From contig NZ_BAABFP010000004.1 of assembly GCF_039541115.1 (NCBI RefSeq), forward strand, positions 124,001 to 188,000: a stretch of DNA of 64,000 nt, in the 5' to 3' direction. Positions 17,933 to 27,744 of this stretch are shown here, piece after piece. The notes under the pieces were generated by a model. The model did no database searches. It was not told the DNA's origin and saw only the letters and a list, made by a program, of their open reading frames with translations. Every line of letters begins with the position of its first letter. Position 1 is the stretch's first letter. Made by a program: the position numbers and the translations under genes. The DNA is from Angustibacter luteus. GTDB lineage: Bacteria; Actinomycetota; Actinomycetes; Actinomycetales; Angustibacteraceae.

Positions 17933-19381
17933 TCAGGCGCGGTGGCGGCCGCGGGGACGGTGCGTTCCCGGGGTCGTCTCGTCGGCCGGTGCGGCCTCGT
18001 CGTCGTCACCCTCGCCGCCGTGACTGCGGCGTCCGGCCTGCTGCCCGGCAGAGCCGGAGACGTTGGCGGGCTGCTGCGGGGCGTGCCCGTCGCGCTTGCT
18101 GTCGCCGGACGGCGCGTCCGGGCCCTGCTCGGGCGAGGTGCTGGCGCCGTCACCGGCGGGCGGTGCCGCGGGCGCCGTCGTCGGCTCGGCAGAGGGGGCG
18201 ACCGAAGCGGACGCCGTCGGCTCGCTCGTCGGGGTCGCGCTGGGCGTCTCGACGGGGTCCTTGGTGGGCGCGCTGGGCGACTCGGTGGGGGTGTCGGACG
18301 GCGTGCTCGGCGGCGTCGTCGGCTCGGTCGTCGGCGATGTCGGCTCGGTGGTCGGCGTCGTGGGGTCGGTCGTGGGGGTCGTGGTCACCGGGGGGTCGGT
18401 CGGCGTCGGGGTGGACGCCGGGTCCGCGATGGTGTCGGTGACCGCGGTGACCACGGTCTCGGTCGACACGTCTGCCACGCCGGCGCTGGCGCCGGCGGTG
18501 GCCACCTGAACGAGCTGCTCGAGCGCACCGGTCCCGGTGGCGACGTCCGGAGCCTGGGTGGTGACGACGTCCGTCACGACCTGCGCGACGGAGTCGTTCA
18601 GCGCTGCGGGGAGGGTCGCCTGGAACGTGAGCTTCGCGGTCTGGTTGATCCACCACTGCGGGGCGCCGTCGTTGGACGCCAGCAGAGCGGCGGAGTACGC
18701 CGCGTTGGCCGCGCTGGTCATGGCGGCCTCGACGGGCGCCTTCAGAGACGTGTCGAGGACGGCCGTCGCCTTGTTGACCTGGTCGCGCAGCTCGTGGTCG
18801 CGGCCCGCCACGTACATCAGCGCCGACTTGACCTTCTTGTTCACGACCTTGGTCGCGTCGTCCACCTGGTCCGCGCTGAACTTCACCGAGAACGCCGGCG
18901 TCGACGGGGTCGGGTGCGGGGGGCGGGGGCGCGGGGGCTTGGGCTTCGAGTGGCTGGCGGTGTGCGTGGGGGCCGGGCTCGAGGTGTGCGTCGGCTTCGA
19001 CGACGAGCCCGACGAACCGGACGTCGACACCGCGGGCGTGGTGGGCGGGTAGTTGGTCAGCGGCTGGAGGTCCACCGCCGGGATCCCGGGCCCACCCAGG
19101 CCACCGGACCCACCGAAGGCTCCGGCAGCGGCGCCGCCGGTCAACGATCCCGCACCCAGGCTCGGCTGCGGCACCTCGATCGCGCGGACGACGCCAGGAC
19201 CGTCGAACCCGTCCTGGCCATCGGACGCGCCGAACGTGATGGCGTTCTGGCTGAACCCCAGGGCGGCTGCCCCGACCAACGCGATCGACGTCACCGCGGC
19301 GAGCGCGGCGGCGGAGCCGTTGGAGCGGACGCGGAGGACATGGCTCGCGCGAGTGCGCGGCAGCGTCTTCGCTGCTCCCAT
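17933..19381 (-). CDS. Pro/Thr/Ser-rich membrane-anchored or secreted hypothetical protein
   Basis: N-terminal hydrophobic segment, Ala-rich helical core, long PT(T/E) low-complexity tail. Confidence 0.6.
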   Translation of the reverse strand: MGAAKTLPRTRASHVLRVRSNGSAAALAAVTSIALVGAAALGFSQNAITFGASDGQDGFDGPGVVRAIEVPQPSLGAGSLTGGAAAGAFGGSGGLGGPGIPAVDLQPLTNYPPTTPAVSTSGSSGSSSKPTHTSSPAPTHTASHSKPKPPRPRPPHPTPSTPAFSVKFSADQVDDATKVVNKKVKSALMYVAGRDHELRDQVNKATAVLDTSLKAPVEAAMTSAANAAYSAALLASNDGAPQWWINQTAKLTFQATLPAALNDSVAQVVTDVVTTQAPDVATGTGALEQLVQVATAGASAGVADVSTETVVTAVTDTIADPASTPTPTDPPVTTTPTTDPTTPTTEPTSPTTEPTTPPSTPSDTPTESPSAPTKDPVETPSATPTSEPTASASVAPSAEPTTAPAAPPAGDGASTSPEQGPDAPSGDSKRDGHAPQQPANVSGSAGQQAGRRSHGGEGDDDEAAPADETTPGTHRPRGRHRA

Positions 19382-19555
19382 GAAATCGCCCCCGGTGGCG
19401 TCTAGGAGGGCGGCTGTCCAGCCGACCCCTTTCCTGAATGACCGTACGCTACTGCTCGAACGCTGTCAGTGATTCCTGAGAACCAGACTAGATGCTCCAG
19501 GGGCTGTCGCCTATGCCCCATACGGACTAGCCATCTCATGGCCCGACAGCACTAC

Positions 19556-19582
19556 TTCGGCAGGTCCAGCCGGAACCTTGAG
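19556..19582 (-). promoter_or_regulatory. Sigma28 (FliA/WhiG)-type promoter CTCA-N17-GCCGAA
   Basis: Minus strand CTCAAGgttccggctggacctGCCGAA upstream of 17933-19381. Confidence 0.55.
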
Positions 19583-19641
19583 CCCGACTTCAGGTAGTTC
19601 TGGACGGAGCGTCCCACCGGCTGGCGGCGGGTGCGCGGGAT

Positions 19642-20730
19642 TCAGCCCCGAACGCGCCAGGCCGCGGCCACCTCGAGCAGGCGGTCGTTCGCGGCGGTCT
19701 CCCCGATGGTGACGCGCACGCCGTCCGCCGCGTACGGCCGGACGACGAGCCCGGCCTCGCCACAGGCGGCCGCGAACGCCGGGGTGTCCTCGCCCAGCGG
19801 GAACCAGACGAAGTTCGCCTGGGTGGCCGGCAGCTGCCACCCCTGACCGGCCAGGGCGGTGACCACTCGCTCACGCTCGATCACCAGCGCCTGAACGCGC
19901 TCGGCCAGCTCCGCGGACGCGGCGAGCGAGGCCACCGCCGCGTCCTGCGCGATCCCGGAGACGCCGAAGGGGACGGCGGTCTTGCGCAGGGCGGCGGCCA
20001 CCGGCGGGTGCGCCACGGCGAACCCGACCCGCAGCCCGGCCAGGCCGTACGCCTTGGAGAAGGTGCGCAGCACCGCCACGTTGGGTCGCTCGCGCAGCAG
20101 GGCGAGGGCGTCGGGAGCCTGCGGGTCCTGGACGAACTCGACGTACGCCTCGTCGATGACGACGAGCACGTCCCGCGGTACCTGGTCCAGGAAGTCGACG
20201 AGCTCGGCCGTGTGCACGACGGGCCCGGTCGGGTTGTTGGGGGTGCAGACCAGGACGAGTCGGGTCCGGTCGGTCACCGCCGCGGCCATCGCGGGCAGGT
20301 CGTGCCGGGCGTCCGCGGTGAGCGGGACGGCCACCGGCACGGCGCCGGCGGCGTGCGCCACGATCGGGTAGGCCTCGAAGGACCGCCACGCGAAGACGAC
20401 CTCGTCGCCCTCGCCGCAGGTCGCCGCCACGATCTGGCCGAGCACTCCCACGCTCCCGGTGCCGGTCGCGACGTACTCCGCGGGGACGCCGAGGTGGTCC
20501 GCGATGGCCTGGACCAGCCCGGTGGCGAACATGTCCGGGTACCGGTTCATCGAGGCCGCGGTCTGCTCGACGACAGCCTGCACGGCCGGGAGCGGGGGGT
20601 AGGGGTTCTCGTTCGACGAGAGCTTGTACGTCGTCTGGCCGGCCTCCGGCTGCGCCGGCTTGCCGGGCACGTACGCGGGAATGGCCTCGAGGGTGCGCCG
20701 CAGCCGCACCTGGACGTCGTCGTCGGTCAT
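19642..20730 (-). CDS. HisC-like PLP aminotransferase (Pat-type aromatic aminotransferase)
   Basis: [39 protein letters not shown]; leaderless TAGGGT-N7-ATG. Confidence 0.9.
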   Translation of the reverse strand: MTDDDVQVRLRRTLEAIPAYVPGKPAQPEAGQTTYKLSSNENPYPPLPAVQAVVEQTAASMNRYPDMFATGLVQAIADHLGVPAEYVATGTGSVGVLGQIVAATCGEGDEVVFAWRSFEAYPIVAHAAGAVPVAVPLTADARHDLPAMAAAVTDRTRLVLVCTPNNPTGPVVHTAELVDFLDQVPRDVLVVIDEAYVEFVQDPQAPDALALLRERPNVAVLRTFSKAYGLAGLRVGFAVAHPPVAAALRKTAVPFGVSGIAQDAAVASLAASAELAERVQALVIERERVVTALAGQGWQLPATQANFVWFPLGEDTPAFAAACGEAGLVVRPYAADGVRVTIGETAANDRLLEVAAAWRVRG

Positions 20731-20934
20731 GTTTCAAACCCTAGAGCAGGACCGAACGTAGTTGATTGGTAGCAGTGCGTAACGATCATGAGGATTGACC
20801 AACTTTTATCCGGTTTCAACCTTCCGTGTCGTCCGACTCGCCCCTACGTTGGCGCAGGTCGCCCCCGGTTCCCGCTGCAACGAACCGTGGGCGTGCTCGA
20901 TCCCGTCAACGCACCATCGAATGGAGACCATCTC

Positions 20935-23355
20935 GTGCGAAAGGTCACCGCGGGGGTCGTGAGCCTCGTGCTCGCGTCCGGCGCGGGCGTAGCCATCGGC
21001 CTCGCCCCCGCCTCAGCCGCACCACCCGTGAATGGAGCACCGTCGAAGGCCAAGAGCCCGACCGCGGTCTCCGACGAGCTGAGCAACCCACAGGAGTCGA
21101 AGCGTCGCGATCTGCGCGAGGCTGCCCTCAACGACGTGCTCGCCGGCAAGGCGAAGCCGATCACGAAGAACGGCAGCACCTACGTCAAGGTCGGTAAGGA
21201 GGCGACGTCCCGCAAGAAGGGGCAGAAGGTCGCCGCCAAGACCAAGGACCAGTACGTCGAGCTGGCCCGCGAGAAGTCCGACAAGATCTTCGTGATCCTG
21301 GCGGAGTTCGGCAACGAGCGGGGCACCGACATCGACCCGCGCTACGGCGACGTCGACACCGACCCGACCACCGCCGGGCCGACCACGTTCGAGGGCCCCC
21401 TGCACAACGCCATCCCCGAGCCGAACCGCGCTCAGGACAACTCGACCGTCTGGCAGGCCGACTACAACAAGCAGCACTACCAGGACCTCTACTTCGGCAA
21501 GGGCGAGAACTCCGTCGCGTCCTACTACAAGAAGCAGTCGTCCGGCCGGTACACCGTGAGCGGTGAGGTCACCGACTGGGTCAAGGTCAAGTACAACGAG
21601 GCCCGCTACGGCCGCAGCAACGGCTTCCCCTGCGCGGGCATCGTCTGCGCCAACACCTGGGACCTCGTCCGCGACGCGGTGAACCAGTGGGTCGTCGACC
21701 AGAAGGCCGCCGGTCGCACCACCGCGCAGATCAAGGCCGACCTGGCCTCCTACGACCAGTGGGACCGGTACGACTACGACGGTGACGGCAACTTCAACGA
21801 GCCGGACGGCTACCTCGACCACTTCCAGATCGTGCACGCCGGCGGCGACCAGGCCGACGGTGACCCGCAGCAGGGTGAGGACGCCATCTGGAGCCACCGC
21901 TGGGCGGTCCAGACCGGCGCCGGATCGGCCGGCCCCTCGGGCAACCTCCGGGGCGGCGCGCAGATCGGTGACACCGGCCTGTGGGTCGGCGACTACACCA
22001 TCCAGCCCGAGAACGGCGGGCTCAGCGTGTTCACGCACGAGTTCGGCCACGACCTCGGCCTGCCGGACCACTACGACACCAACGGTGGCGACAACGGCGT
22101 CGAGTACTGGAACCTGATGGCGCAGAGCCGGCTGAACGCGCCCGGCGAGGCGCTGGGGACCCGACCGGGCGACCTGTCCGCGTGGGACAAGCTCCAGCTC
22201 GGCTGGCTGGACTACGAGATCGTGCCCGCCGGGACGAAGCGAACGCTGGACCTCGGCCCGCACGAGTACAACTCCAAGAAGGCCCAGGCCGTCGTCGTCC
22301 CGCTGCCCGCCAAGAAGATCACCACGGATCTCGGCGCCCCGGCGTCGGGCACCCAGCAGTGGTTCAGCGGTCAGGGTGACGACCTGAACACCACGCTGGC
22401 CCGCACGGTGACCCTCGCCGCCGGCACGTCGACGCTGTCGGCGAAGGCCCGGTGGAACATCGAGGACTGCGGTCCGGACCAGTGCGACTACGCGTTCGTC
22501 GAGGTCAACGACGGCAGCGGCTGGGTATCGGTGAAGACCTCGGCCAGCGAGGCCGACGACCCGGGCGACGTCAGCAACGGCATCGACGGCGTGCAGGCCA
22601 CCTACGCGCCGCTGACCGCCGACCTGTCGGCGTACGCGGGCAAGACCGTGCAGGTGCGCTACCGGTACACCTCGGACGGCGCGCAGCAGGGGCAGCCCGA
22701 CGCTGACCTCGGCTGGAGTGGACTGTTCCTGGACGACATCACGCTCACCTCGGGTGGCGCGACGGTGTTCACGGACGGCGCCGAGACCCTCGACCCGGCG
22801 TGGACCGCCGCGGGCTTCTCCCGCGTCGGTGCGAGCGTCACGAACTCGTTCGCGAACTACTACATCGCGTCGAACCGCTCGTACGTCTCGTACGACCGCT
22901 GGCTGGAGTCGGGCCCGTACAACTTCGGGTTCGCCAACACCAAGCCGGACTTCGTGGAGCACTTCAAGTACCAGCAGGGCCTCTTGGTCAACTACTGGGA
23001 CACCTCGCAGTCCGACAACAACACCAGCCAGCACAACGGTGAGGGCCTGGTCCTGCCGATCGACGCCCACCCGGCGCCGATCTACCGGATCGACGGTCTG
23101 CCGTGGCGCTCGCGGGTGCAGGTGTACGACGCACCCTTCTCGCTGCAGAAGGCCGACTCGTTCACTCTGCACATCAACGGCCAGGCCAGCTACATCCGTG
23201 GCCAGAACGCCGTGCCGACCTTCGACGACCGCAAGTCGTACTGGAGCTCGGTGATCCCGCAGACCGGCGTCAAGGTGCCGAACGCGGGCGTGAAGATCCA
23301 GGTGACCAAGCAGGACGGCACCTCGATGAAGATCAAGATCAGCTCGACCAAGTGA
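20935..23355 (+). CDS. Secreted M6-family metalloprotease (immune inhibitor A-like)
   Basis: Signal peptide; DGDGNFNEPDGYLDHF..VHAG; IWSHRW; HEFGHDLGLPD zinc motif; GGAG RBS before GTG 20935. Confidence 0.92.
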   Translation: MRKVTAGVVSLVLASGAGVAIGLAPASAAPPVNGAPSKAKSPTAVSDELSNPQESKRRDLREAALNDVLAGKAKPITKNGSTYVKVGKEATSRKKGQKVAAKTKDQYVELAREKSDKIFVILAEFGNERGTDIDPRYGDVDTDPTTAGPTTFEGPLHNAIPEPNRAQDNSTVWQADYNKQHYQDLYFGKGENSVASYYKKQSSGRYTVSGEVTDWVKVKYNEARYGRSNGFPCAGIVCANTWDLVRDAVNQWVVDQKAAGRTTAQIKADLASYDQWDRYDYDGDGNFNEPDGYLDHFQIVHAGGDQADGDPQQGEDAIWSHRWAVQTGAGSAGPSGNLRGGAQIGDTGLWVGDYTIQPENGGLSVFTHEFGHDLGLPDHYDTNGGDNGVEYWNLMAQSRLNAPGEALGTRPGDLSAWDKLQLGWLDYEIVPAGTKRTLDLGPHEYNSKKAQAVVVPLPAKKITTDLGAPASGTQQWFSGQGDDLNTTLARTVTLAAGTSTLSAKARWNIEDCGPDQCDYAFVEVNDGSGWVSVKTSASEADDPGDVSNGIDGVQATYAPLTADLSAYAGKTVQVRYRYTSDGAQQGQPDADLGWSGLFLDDITLTSGGATVFTDGAETLDPAWTAAGFSRVGASVTNSFANYYIASNRSYVSYDRWLESGPYNFGFANTKPDFVEHFKYQQGLLVNYWDTSQSDNNTSQHNGEGLVLPIDAHPAPIYRIDGLPWRSRVQVYDAPFSLQKADSFTLHINGQASYIRGQNAVPTFDDRKSYWSSVIPQTGVKVPNAGVKIQVTKQDGTSMKIKISSTK

Positions 23356-23383
23356 CGCACGCCGTCACGAGCTGAGCTCGCCG

Positions 23384-23419
23384 CGACGGGCCGGGAGGTG
23401 GTCACCTCCCGGCCCGTCG
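23384..23419 (+). terminator. Intrinsic terminator after M6 protease
   Basis: CGACGGGCCGGGAGGTG-GT-CACCTCCCGGCCCGTCG followed by TCGTTTCT. Confidence 0.8.
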
Positions 23420-23441
23420 TCGTTTCTGCCAGGATGCGCTG

Positions 23442-23831
23442 ATGCGCTTCGTGATCAACGTCCTCGTCTGCTCCGTCGCGATCTGGCTGACGGACCTCCT
23501 CTTCGACGGCATCGTGGTGACCGGCACCAAGGACACCACCGCCAACAAGCTGCTGGCCTACCTGGTGATCGGCGCGATCATCGCCCTGGTCAACACGTTC
23601 ATCAAGCCGTTCGTCAAGCTGATCGCCCTACCGTTCGTGATCCTCACGCTCGGCCTGCTGACCCTGATCATCAACGCCGCGCTCCTCGAGCTGGTGGCGT
23701 GGCTGTCGAAGGCGACGCCGCTGGAGCTGCACATCGACGAGTTCTGGTGGACGGCGATCTGGGCCGCACTGATCCTGACGATCGTGCAGATGATCCTGAA
23801 CGCGATCCTGCCCGACGACGTCAAGGCCTAG
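23442..23831 (+). CDS. 4-TM membrane protein, YvlD/DUF360 ('phage holin family')
   Basis: VNTFIKP..KLIALP..ILTLGL..LIINA signature. Confidence 0.85.
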   Translation: MRFVINVLVCSVAIWLTDLLFDGIVVTGTKDTTANKLLAYLVIGAIIALVNTFIKPFVKLIALPFVILTLGLLTLIINAALLELVAWLSKATPLELHIDEFWWTAIWAALILTIVQMILNAILPDDVKA

Positions 23832-23834
23832 CGC

Positions 23835-25607
23835 TCAGGTGTGGCGGCGGCTGGTGACGACGCGGAACCGGCTGGCCACGAAGGCACCGTCGGTGTACGC
23901 GGCGTTGGCGGCCGGGTTCGCGCCGGTGCCGTGGAAGTCGCTGAACGCCGCGGTCTGGTTCACGAACACCTGACCGTTCAGGTTCTCGCTGAGCGCGACC
24001 CCGGCGTCCGCCGCGGCGTCCCGCGCGTCGTCCAGCACCTGCTCGGACGTCGAGTAGACCGCCGCGGTCATCGCGCCGTGCTCGCGCACGGTGTCCCGGA
24101 ACGTGGCCAGCGACTGCTCGGTCGAGTCCGTCGCCACCAGGAAGGCCACCGGGCCGAAGCACTCCTGCGAGTACGTCGACTCCGCAGTCACGTCGAGGGC
24201 GACCAGGCCCGGCGTCCGGACGACGGCGTCGGGGTAGCGCGGGTGCGCGACCTGACGCGAGTCGACCACGACCCGGCCACCCGCGGACGACGCGAGCGCG
24301 GCCAGCCCGGCGGCACGCTCGCGCACGCCGTCGTTCACGGTGGCACCCAACAGCTCCACGGCCTTGGCGTCGTCGCCGGTCAGCCGGCCGATCGCGGCAG
24401 CCAGCTTCTCGCCGAGCTCGTCGAAGGACACGTGCCCCTCGTCGGTGTCGACGCCAGCCCTTGGCACGTAGACGTTCTGCGGCGTCGTGCACATCTGGCC
24501 GCTGTAGAGCGTGAACGAGAAGGCGAGGTTGCCCAGCGCACCGCGCAGGTCCGGGATCGAGTCGATCACCACGGTGTTGACGCCGGCCTTCTCGGTGTAG
24601 ACGGCCTTGCCCGCGGCGCCGGCCTCGCGCTCCAGCCAGTTCCCGAACGTCGGGCCGCCCGTGTAGTCGATGACCTTGACGGCCGGGTGCAGCGCGAGCG
24701 TCTTGGCCAGCCCCTCGCCGTCCGCCTCGGGTGCGAGCGTGACCAGGTCGGGGTCGAAACCGGCGGCCCGCAAGGCCTCCCGGATCGCCGCGACGCTGAT
24801 CGCCAGGGGCAGCACCGCGCGCGGGTGCGGCTTGACCACGACGGCGTTGCCGGTGGCCAGCGAGGCGAACAGGCCCGGGTAGGAGTTCCAGGTCGGGAAC
24901 GTGTTGCAGCCGATCACCAGCGCGACCCCGCGCGGGACGACCCGGTAGTCCTTGGTCATCCGCACGGGCTCGCCCTTGGCGGGCTTCTCCCACACCACGG
25001 ACGACGGCACCCGGCGCTGCTCGAACAGCGCGTAGGCGATGGCCTCGAGCGCGCGGTCCTGCGCGTGCGGCCCGGCGGCCTGGAACGACATCACGAACGG
25101 CTGGCCGCTGGTGTGCATCACGGCGTGCGCCATCTCGAAGGAGCGCGCGTGGATCCGGTCCACCGCGTCGACGCAGACGGCGGCGCGCACCTCGGCGCCC
25201 GCGTCCCGCCAGGCCGGGATCGCGTGCTGCGCCGCCGCCATCAGGCCCTCGACGTCCTGGTGCGGGTAGGTGATCCGCAGCGTGGGGCCGTACGGCGAGA
25301 CCTCGTCGCCCACCCGTCCGTCGGTGGCCGGCTGGTCGTCGAGCTCGGCGAAGTCGCGGGTCAGGTGGCCCTCGAACGCCTGCTCACCGGCCTCGGCCGC
25401 GCCCTCGCCGTACACCCGCGGTGACGGCGACTCGGGATAGCGGGACAGGTACCCCCGGCTGGTGACCGCTGCGAGGGCCTCGTCGAGCGCCTCGCGGTGC
25501 TTGGCGACCAGCTCGCGGGCGGCCGGCGGGGCTGCCTCCGGCACCGGGTGGGGGTGGGGCAGGACGGCCTCGTGGGCGTAGGTTCCTGCGTGCGGCTCTG
25601 CACTCAT
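23835..25607 (-). CDS. paaN: Phenylacetate degradation aldehyde dehydrogenase PaaN
   Basis: YPESPS..VYGE, SFQAAGPHAQDRALEA, GCNTFPTWN, YSGQMCTTPQN, ECFGP; start ATG 25607 (TAGGGT-N7). Confidence 0.88.
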   Translation of the reverse strand: MSAEPHAGTYAHEAVLPHPHPVPEAAPPAARELVAKHREALDEALAAVTSRGYLSRYPESPSPRVYGEGAAEAGEQAFEGHLTRDFAELDDQPATDGRVGDEVSPYGPTLRITYPHQDVEGLMAAAQHAIPAWRDAGAEVRAAVCVDAVDRIHARSFEMAHAVMHTSGQPFVMSFQAAGPHAQDRALEAIAYALFEQRRVPSSVVWEKPAKGEPVRMTKDYRVVPRGVALVIGCNTFPTWNSYPGLFASLATGNAVVVKPHPRAVLPLAISVAAIREALRAAGFDPDLVTLAPEADGEGLAKTLALHPAVKVIDYTGGPTFGNWLEREAGAAGKAVYTEKAGVNTVVIDSIPDLRGALGNLAFSFTLYSGQMCTTPQNVYVPRAGVDTDEGHVSFDELGEKLAAAIGRLTGDDAKAVELLGATVNDGVRERAAGLAALASSAGGRVVVDSRQVAHPRYPDAVVRTPGLVALDVTAESTYSQECFGPVAFLVATDSTEQSLATFRDTVREHGAMTAAVYSTSEQVLDDARDAAADAGVALSENLNGQVFVNQTAAFSDFHGTGANPAANAAYTDGAFVASRFRVVTSRRHT

Positions 25608-25661
25608 GCGTTCGACCCTAGCCGCCCCGCTCGTCCCCGTTCGCACCGAGGAGGACCCCGA

Positions 25662-27257
25662 GTGACGCTCGTCCAGCCCGACTCCCCCATCGCCGTGGTC
25701 GGCGCCGGCACGATGGGCGCGGGGATCGCACTCGTCGCCGCGCAGGCCGGCCACCCGGTGCGGCTGCTGGACGTGCGCGACGGCGCTGCGGCGGCCGCGG
25801 TGGACGGGCTGCGGAGCAAGCTGGACGGCCTCGCGGCCAAGGGCCGGCTGGACGCCGACGAGGCGGCGGCCGCCGCGTCCCGGCTCTCGGTGGCCGGGTC
25901 CGTGGCCGACCTGGGCGCGTGTGCGGTGGTGATCGAGGCGGTGGCCGAGCGGCTCGACGTCAAGCAGGCCCTCTTCGCGGACGTCGAGGCCGTGGTGACC
26001 GCCGACGCGCTGCTCGCCACCAACACCTCGTCGCTGTCGGTGACGGCGATCGCGGCACCGTTGGCGCACCCCGGGCGGGTGGTCGGCCTGCACTTCTTCA
26101 ACCCGGCCGACCGGATGCGGCTGGTGGAGGTGGTCCGCGGCGACGCCACCGACCCGGCCGTGGTCGAGGCGGCCGTCGACCTGGCCCGCGCCTGGGGCAA
26201 GACCCCGGTGGTCTGCACGTCGACCCCGGGCTTCATCGTGAACCGGGTGGCCAGGCCGTACTACGGCGAGGCCCAGCGCATGGTCGAGGAGGGGGTGGCC
26301 GACCCGGCGACCATCGACGCCGTGCTGCGCGAGGCCGGCGGCTTCCCGCTCGGGCCCTTCGAGCTCACCGACCTGGTCGGCCAGGACGTCAACCTGGCCG
26401 TCTCGACGTCGGTCTGGCAGCAGACGTTCGGCGACCCGCGCTACGCCCCGACCGTCTTCCAGCAGCGCCTGGTGGACGCCGGGCGGCTGGGCCGCAAGAG
26501 CGGGCGCGGCGTCTTCACCTACGGGGACGGCGGCACGGCCACGGACGCGACGCCGTCCACCGAGCCGCCGCGGCCGGCTCCGGACCGCGTGGTGCTGCGG
26601 CACGACGAGGACGGCGACGGCTTCCCGGTGATGGGCGAGCTGCTGCGCCGGATCGAGGCGGGTGGCGTGAGCATCGAGCGGATCCTGCTGGACGAGGAGG
26701 ACCTGGTCGACGACGACGTCCCCGGGATCGAGCTGCCCGGTGGCGCGCTGCTGCGCGAGGCGGGCGGCGAGCTGGCGTCGGAGAGCTGGACCCAGGACGC
26801 CTCCGGCGCGGTGCTGCTGGACTGGGCGCACGACGCGGCGACCTGCACCCGGGTCTCGCTGTCGGCGTCGGCGGACTGCCCGGACGAGTCGCTGCGGGCC
26901 GCGGTCGGGCTCTGCCAGGCGGCCGGCGTCCAGGTCAGCGTGGTCGGCGAGAGTCCCGGCGGCGTGGTGGCGCGCACGGTCTGCATGCTCGTCAACGAGG
27001 CCGTCGAGCTCGTCACCCGCGGCGAGGCCTCGGCGGAGGACGTCGACGTCGCGATGATCCTCGGCACTGGTTACCCCTCCGGCCCGCTGCAGTGGGGTGA
27101 CCGGCTGGAGGCCGCCGGGGTCGACGTCGAGATCATGCTGCGCGAGCTGCACAGCACCTTCCCCAGCGGTCGCTACCGGCCGAGCCCGGCGTTCCTGCGG
27201 ATGTCGCGGGCGGGTGCCCGGTTGCGCGACGTGCAGGCGGGCGGCCGGCGTGGCTGA
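25662..27257 (+). CDS. paaH: 3-hydroxyacyl-CoA dehydrogenase (PaaH)
   Basis: GAGTMGAGIA, TNTSSLS, GLHFFNPA, PGFIVNR, duplicated C-terminal 3HCDH domain; GAGGAGG RBS. Confidence 0.88.
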   Translation: MTLVQPDSPIAVVGAGTMGAGIALVAAQAGHPVRLLDVRDGAAAAAVDGLRSKLDGLAAKGRLDADEAAAAASRLSVAGSVADLGACAVVIEAVAERLDVKQALFADVEAVVTADALLATNTSSLSVTAIAAPLAHPGRVVGLHFFNPADRMRLVEVVRGDATDPAVVEAAVDLARAWGKTPVVCTSTPGFIVNRVARPYYGEAQRMVEEGVADPATIDAVLREAGGFPLGPFELTDLVGQDVNLAVSTSVWQQTFGDPRYAPTVFQQRLVDAGRLGRKSGRGVFTYGDGGTATDATPSTEPPRPAPDRVVLRHDEDGDGFPVMGELLRRIEAGGVSIERILLDEEDLVDDDVPGIELPGGALLREAGGELASESWTQDASGAVLLDWAHDAATCTRVSLSASADCPDESLRAAVGLCQAAGVQVSVVGESPGGVVARTVCMLVNEAVELVTRGEASAEDVDVAMILGTGYPSGPLQWGDRLEAAGVDVEIMLRELHSTFPSGRYRPSPAFLRMSRAGARLRDVQAGGRRG

Positions 27258-27744
27258 GCCAGGGCCGCGGCCGGACGTCGACGACCTCGACGGCCTGGAC
27301 GACCTGGCCCGCCGCAGCGCGGACGCGATGCTCGGTGACGACCTGGCCAGCGCCGGGCTGGGCATGACGCTGCTGGACGTCGGCCCTGGTCGCGCCCGGC
27401 TGCGGATGCCGGTCCGCGACGACATGGTCAACGGCCACGCCATCGTGCACGGGGGTCTGGTGTTCACGCTGGCGGACAGCGCGTTCGCGGTCGCCTGCAA
27501 CAGCCACGGCGTGGTGACCGTGGCGGCCGGCGCCGACATCACGTTCACCGCACCGGGGCGGCTGGGCGACGTGCTGCTGGCCGAGGCCCGCGAGACGGAC
27601 GTGTTCGGGCGCAGCGGCGTGACCGACGTCCGGGTGACCCGCGAGTCCGACGGCGCGCTCATCGCGGTGTTCCGCGGACGCTCGCGATCACTTGGACGCC
27701 CGATTCCTGGTGTGGCACAAGGGGTTCAACAGGAGGGCTCATGA
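27250..27744 (+). CDS. paaI: Hydroxyphenylacetyl-CoA thioesterase PaaI (hotdog fold)
   Basis: MVNGHAIVHGGLVFTLADSAFAVACNS. Confidence 0.9.
   Translation: MAEPGPRPDVDDLDGLDDLARRSADAMLGDDLASAGLGMTLLDVGPGRARLRMPVRDDMVNGHAIVHGGLVFTLADSAFAVACNSHGVVTVAAGADITFTAPGRLGDVLLAEARETDVFGRSGVTDVRVTRESDGALIAVFRGRSRSLGRPIPGVAQGVQQEGS

Noticed and set aside
18290..18420. Tandem GTCGG/GTGG-like repeats
   Set aside because: They encode the PTT/PTE low-complexity tail of the protein at 17933-19381.
19464..19485. TGTCAGTG as a second PafBC-type site
   Set aside because: No correctly spaced nAnnnT -10 and no downstream gene on that strand.
23442..23831. Prophage signal from the 'phage holin family' gene
   Set aside because: This family is a common chromosomal membrane protein and no phage genes are nearby.
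23835..27662. 1275-aa ORF suggesting a giant PaaN fusion
   Set aside because: The N-terminal 685 codons are mostly antisense to paaH/paaI; the real start is ATG 25607 with a -10 upstream.
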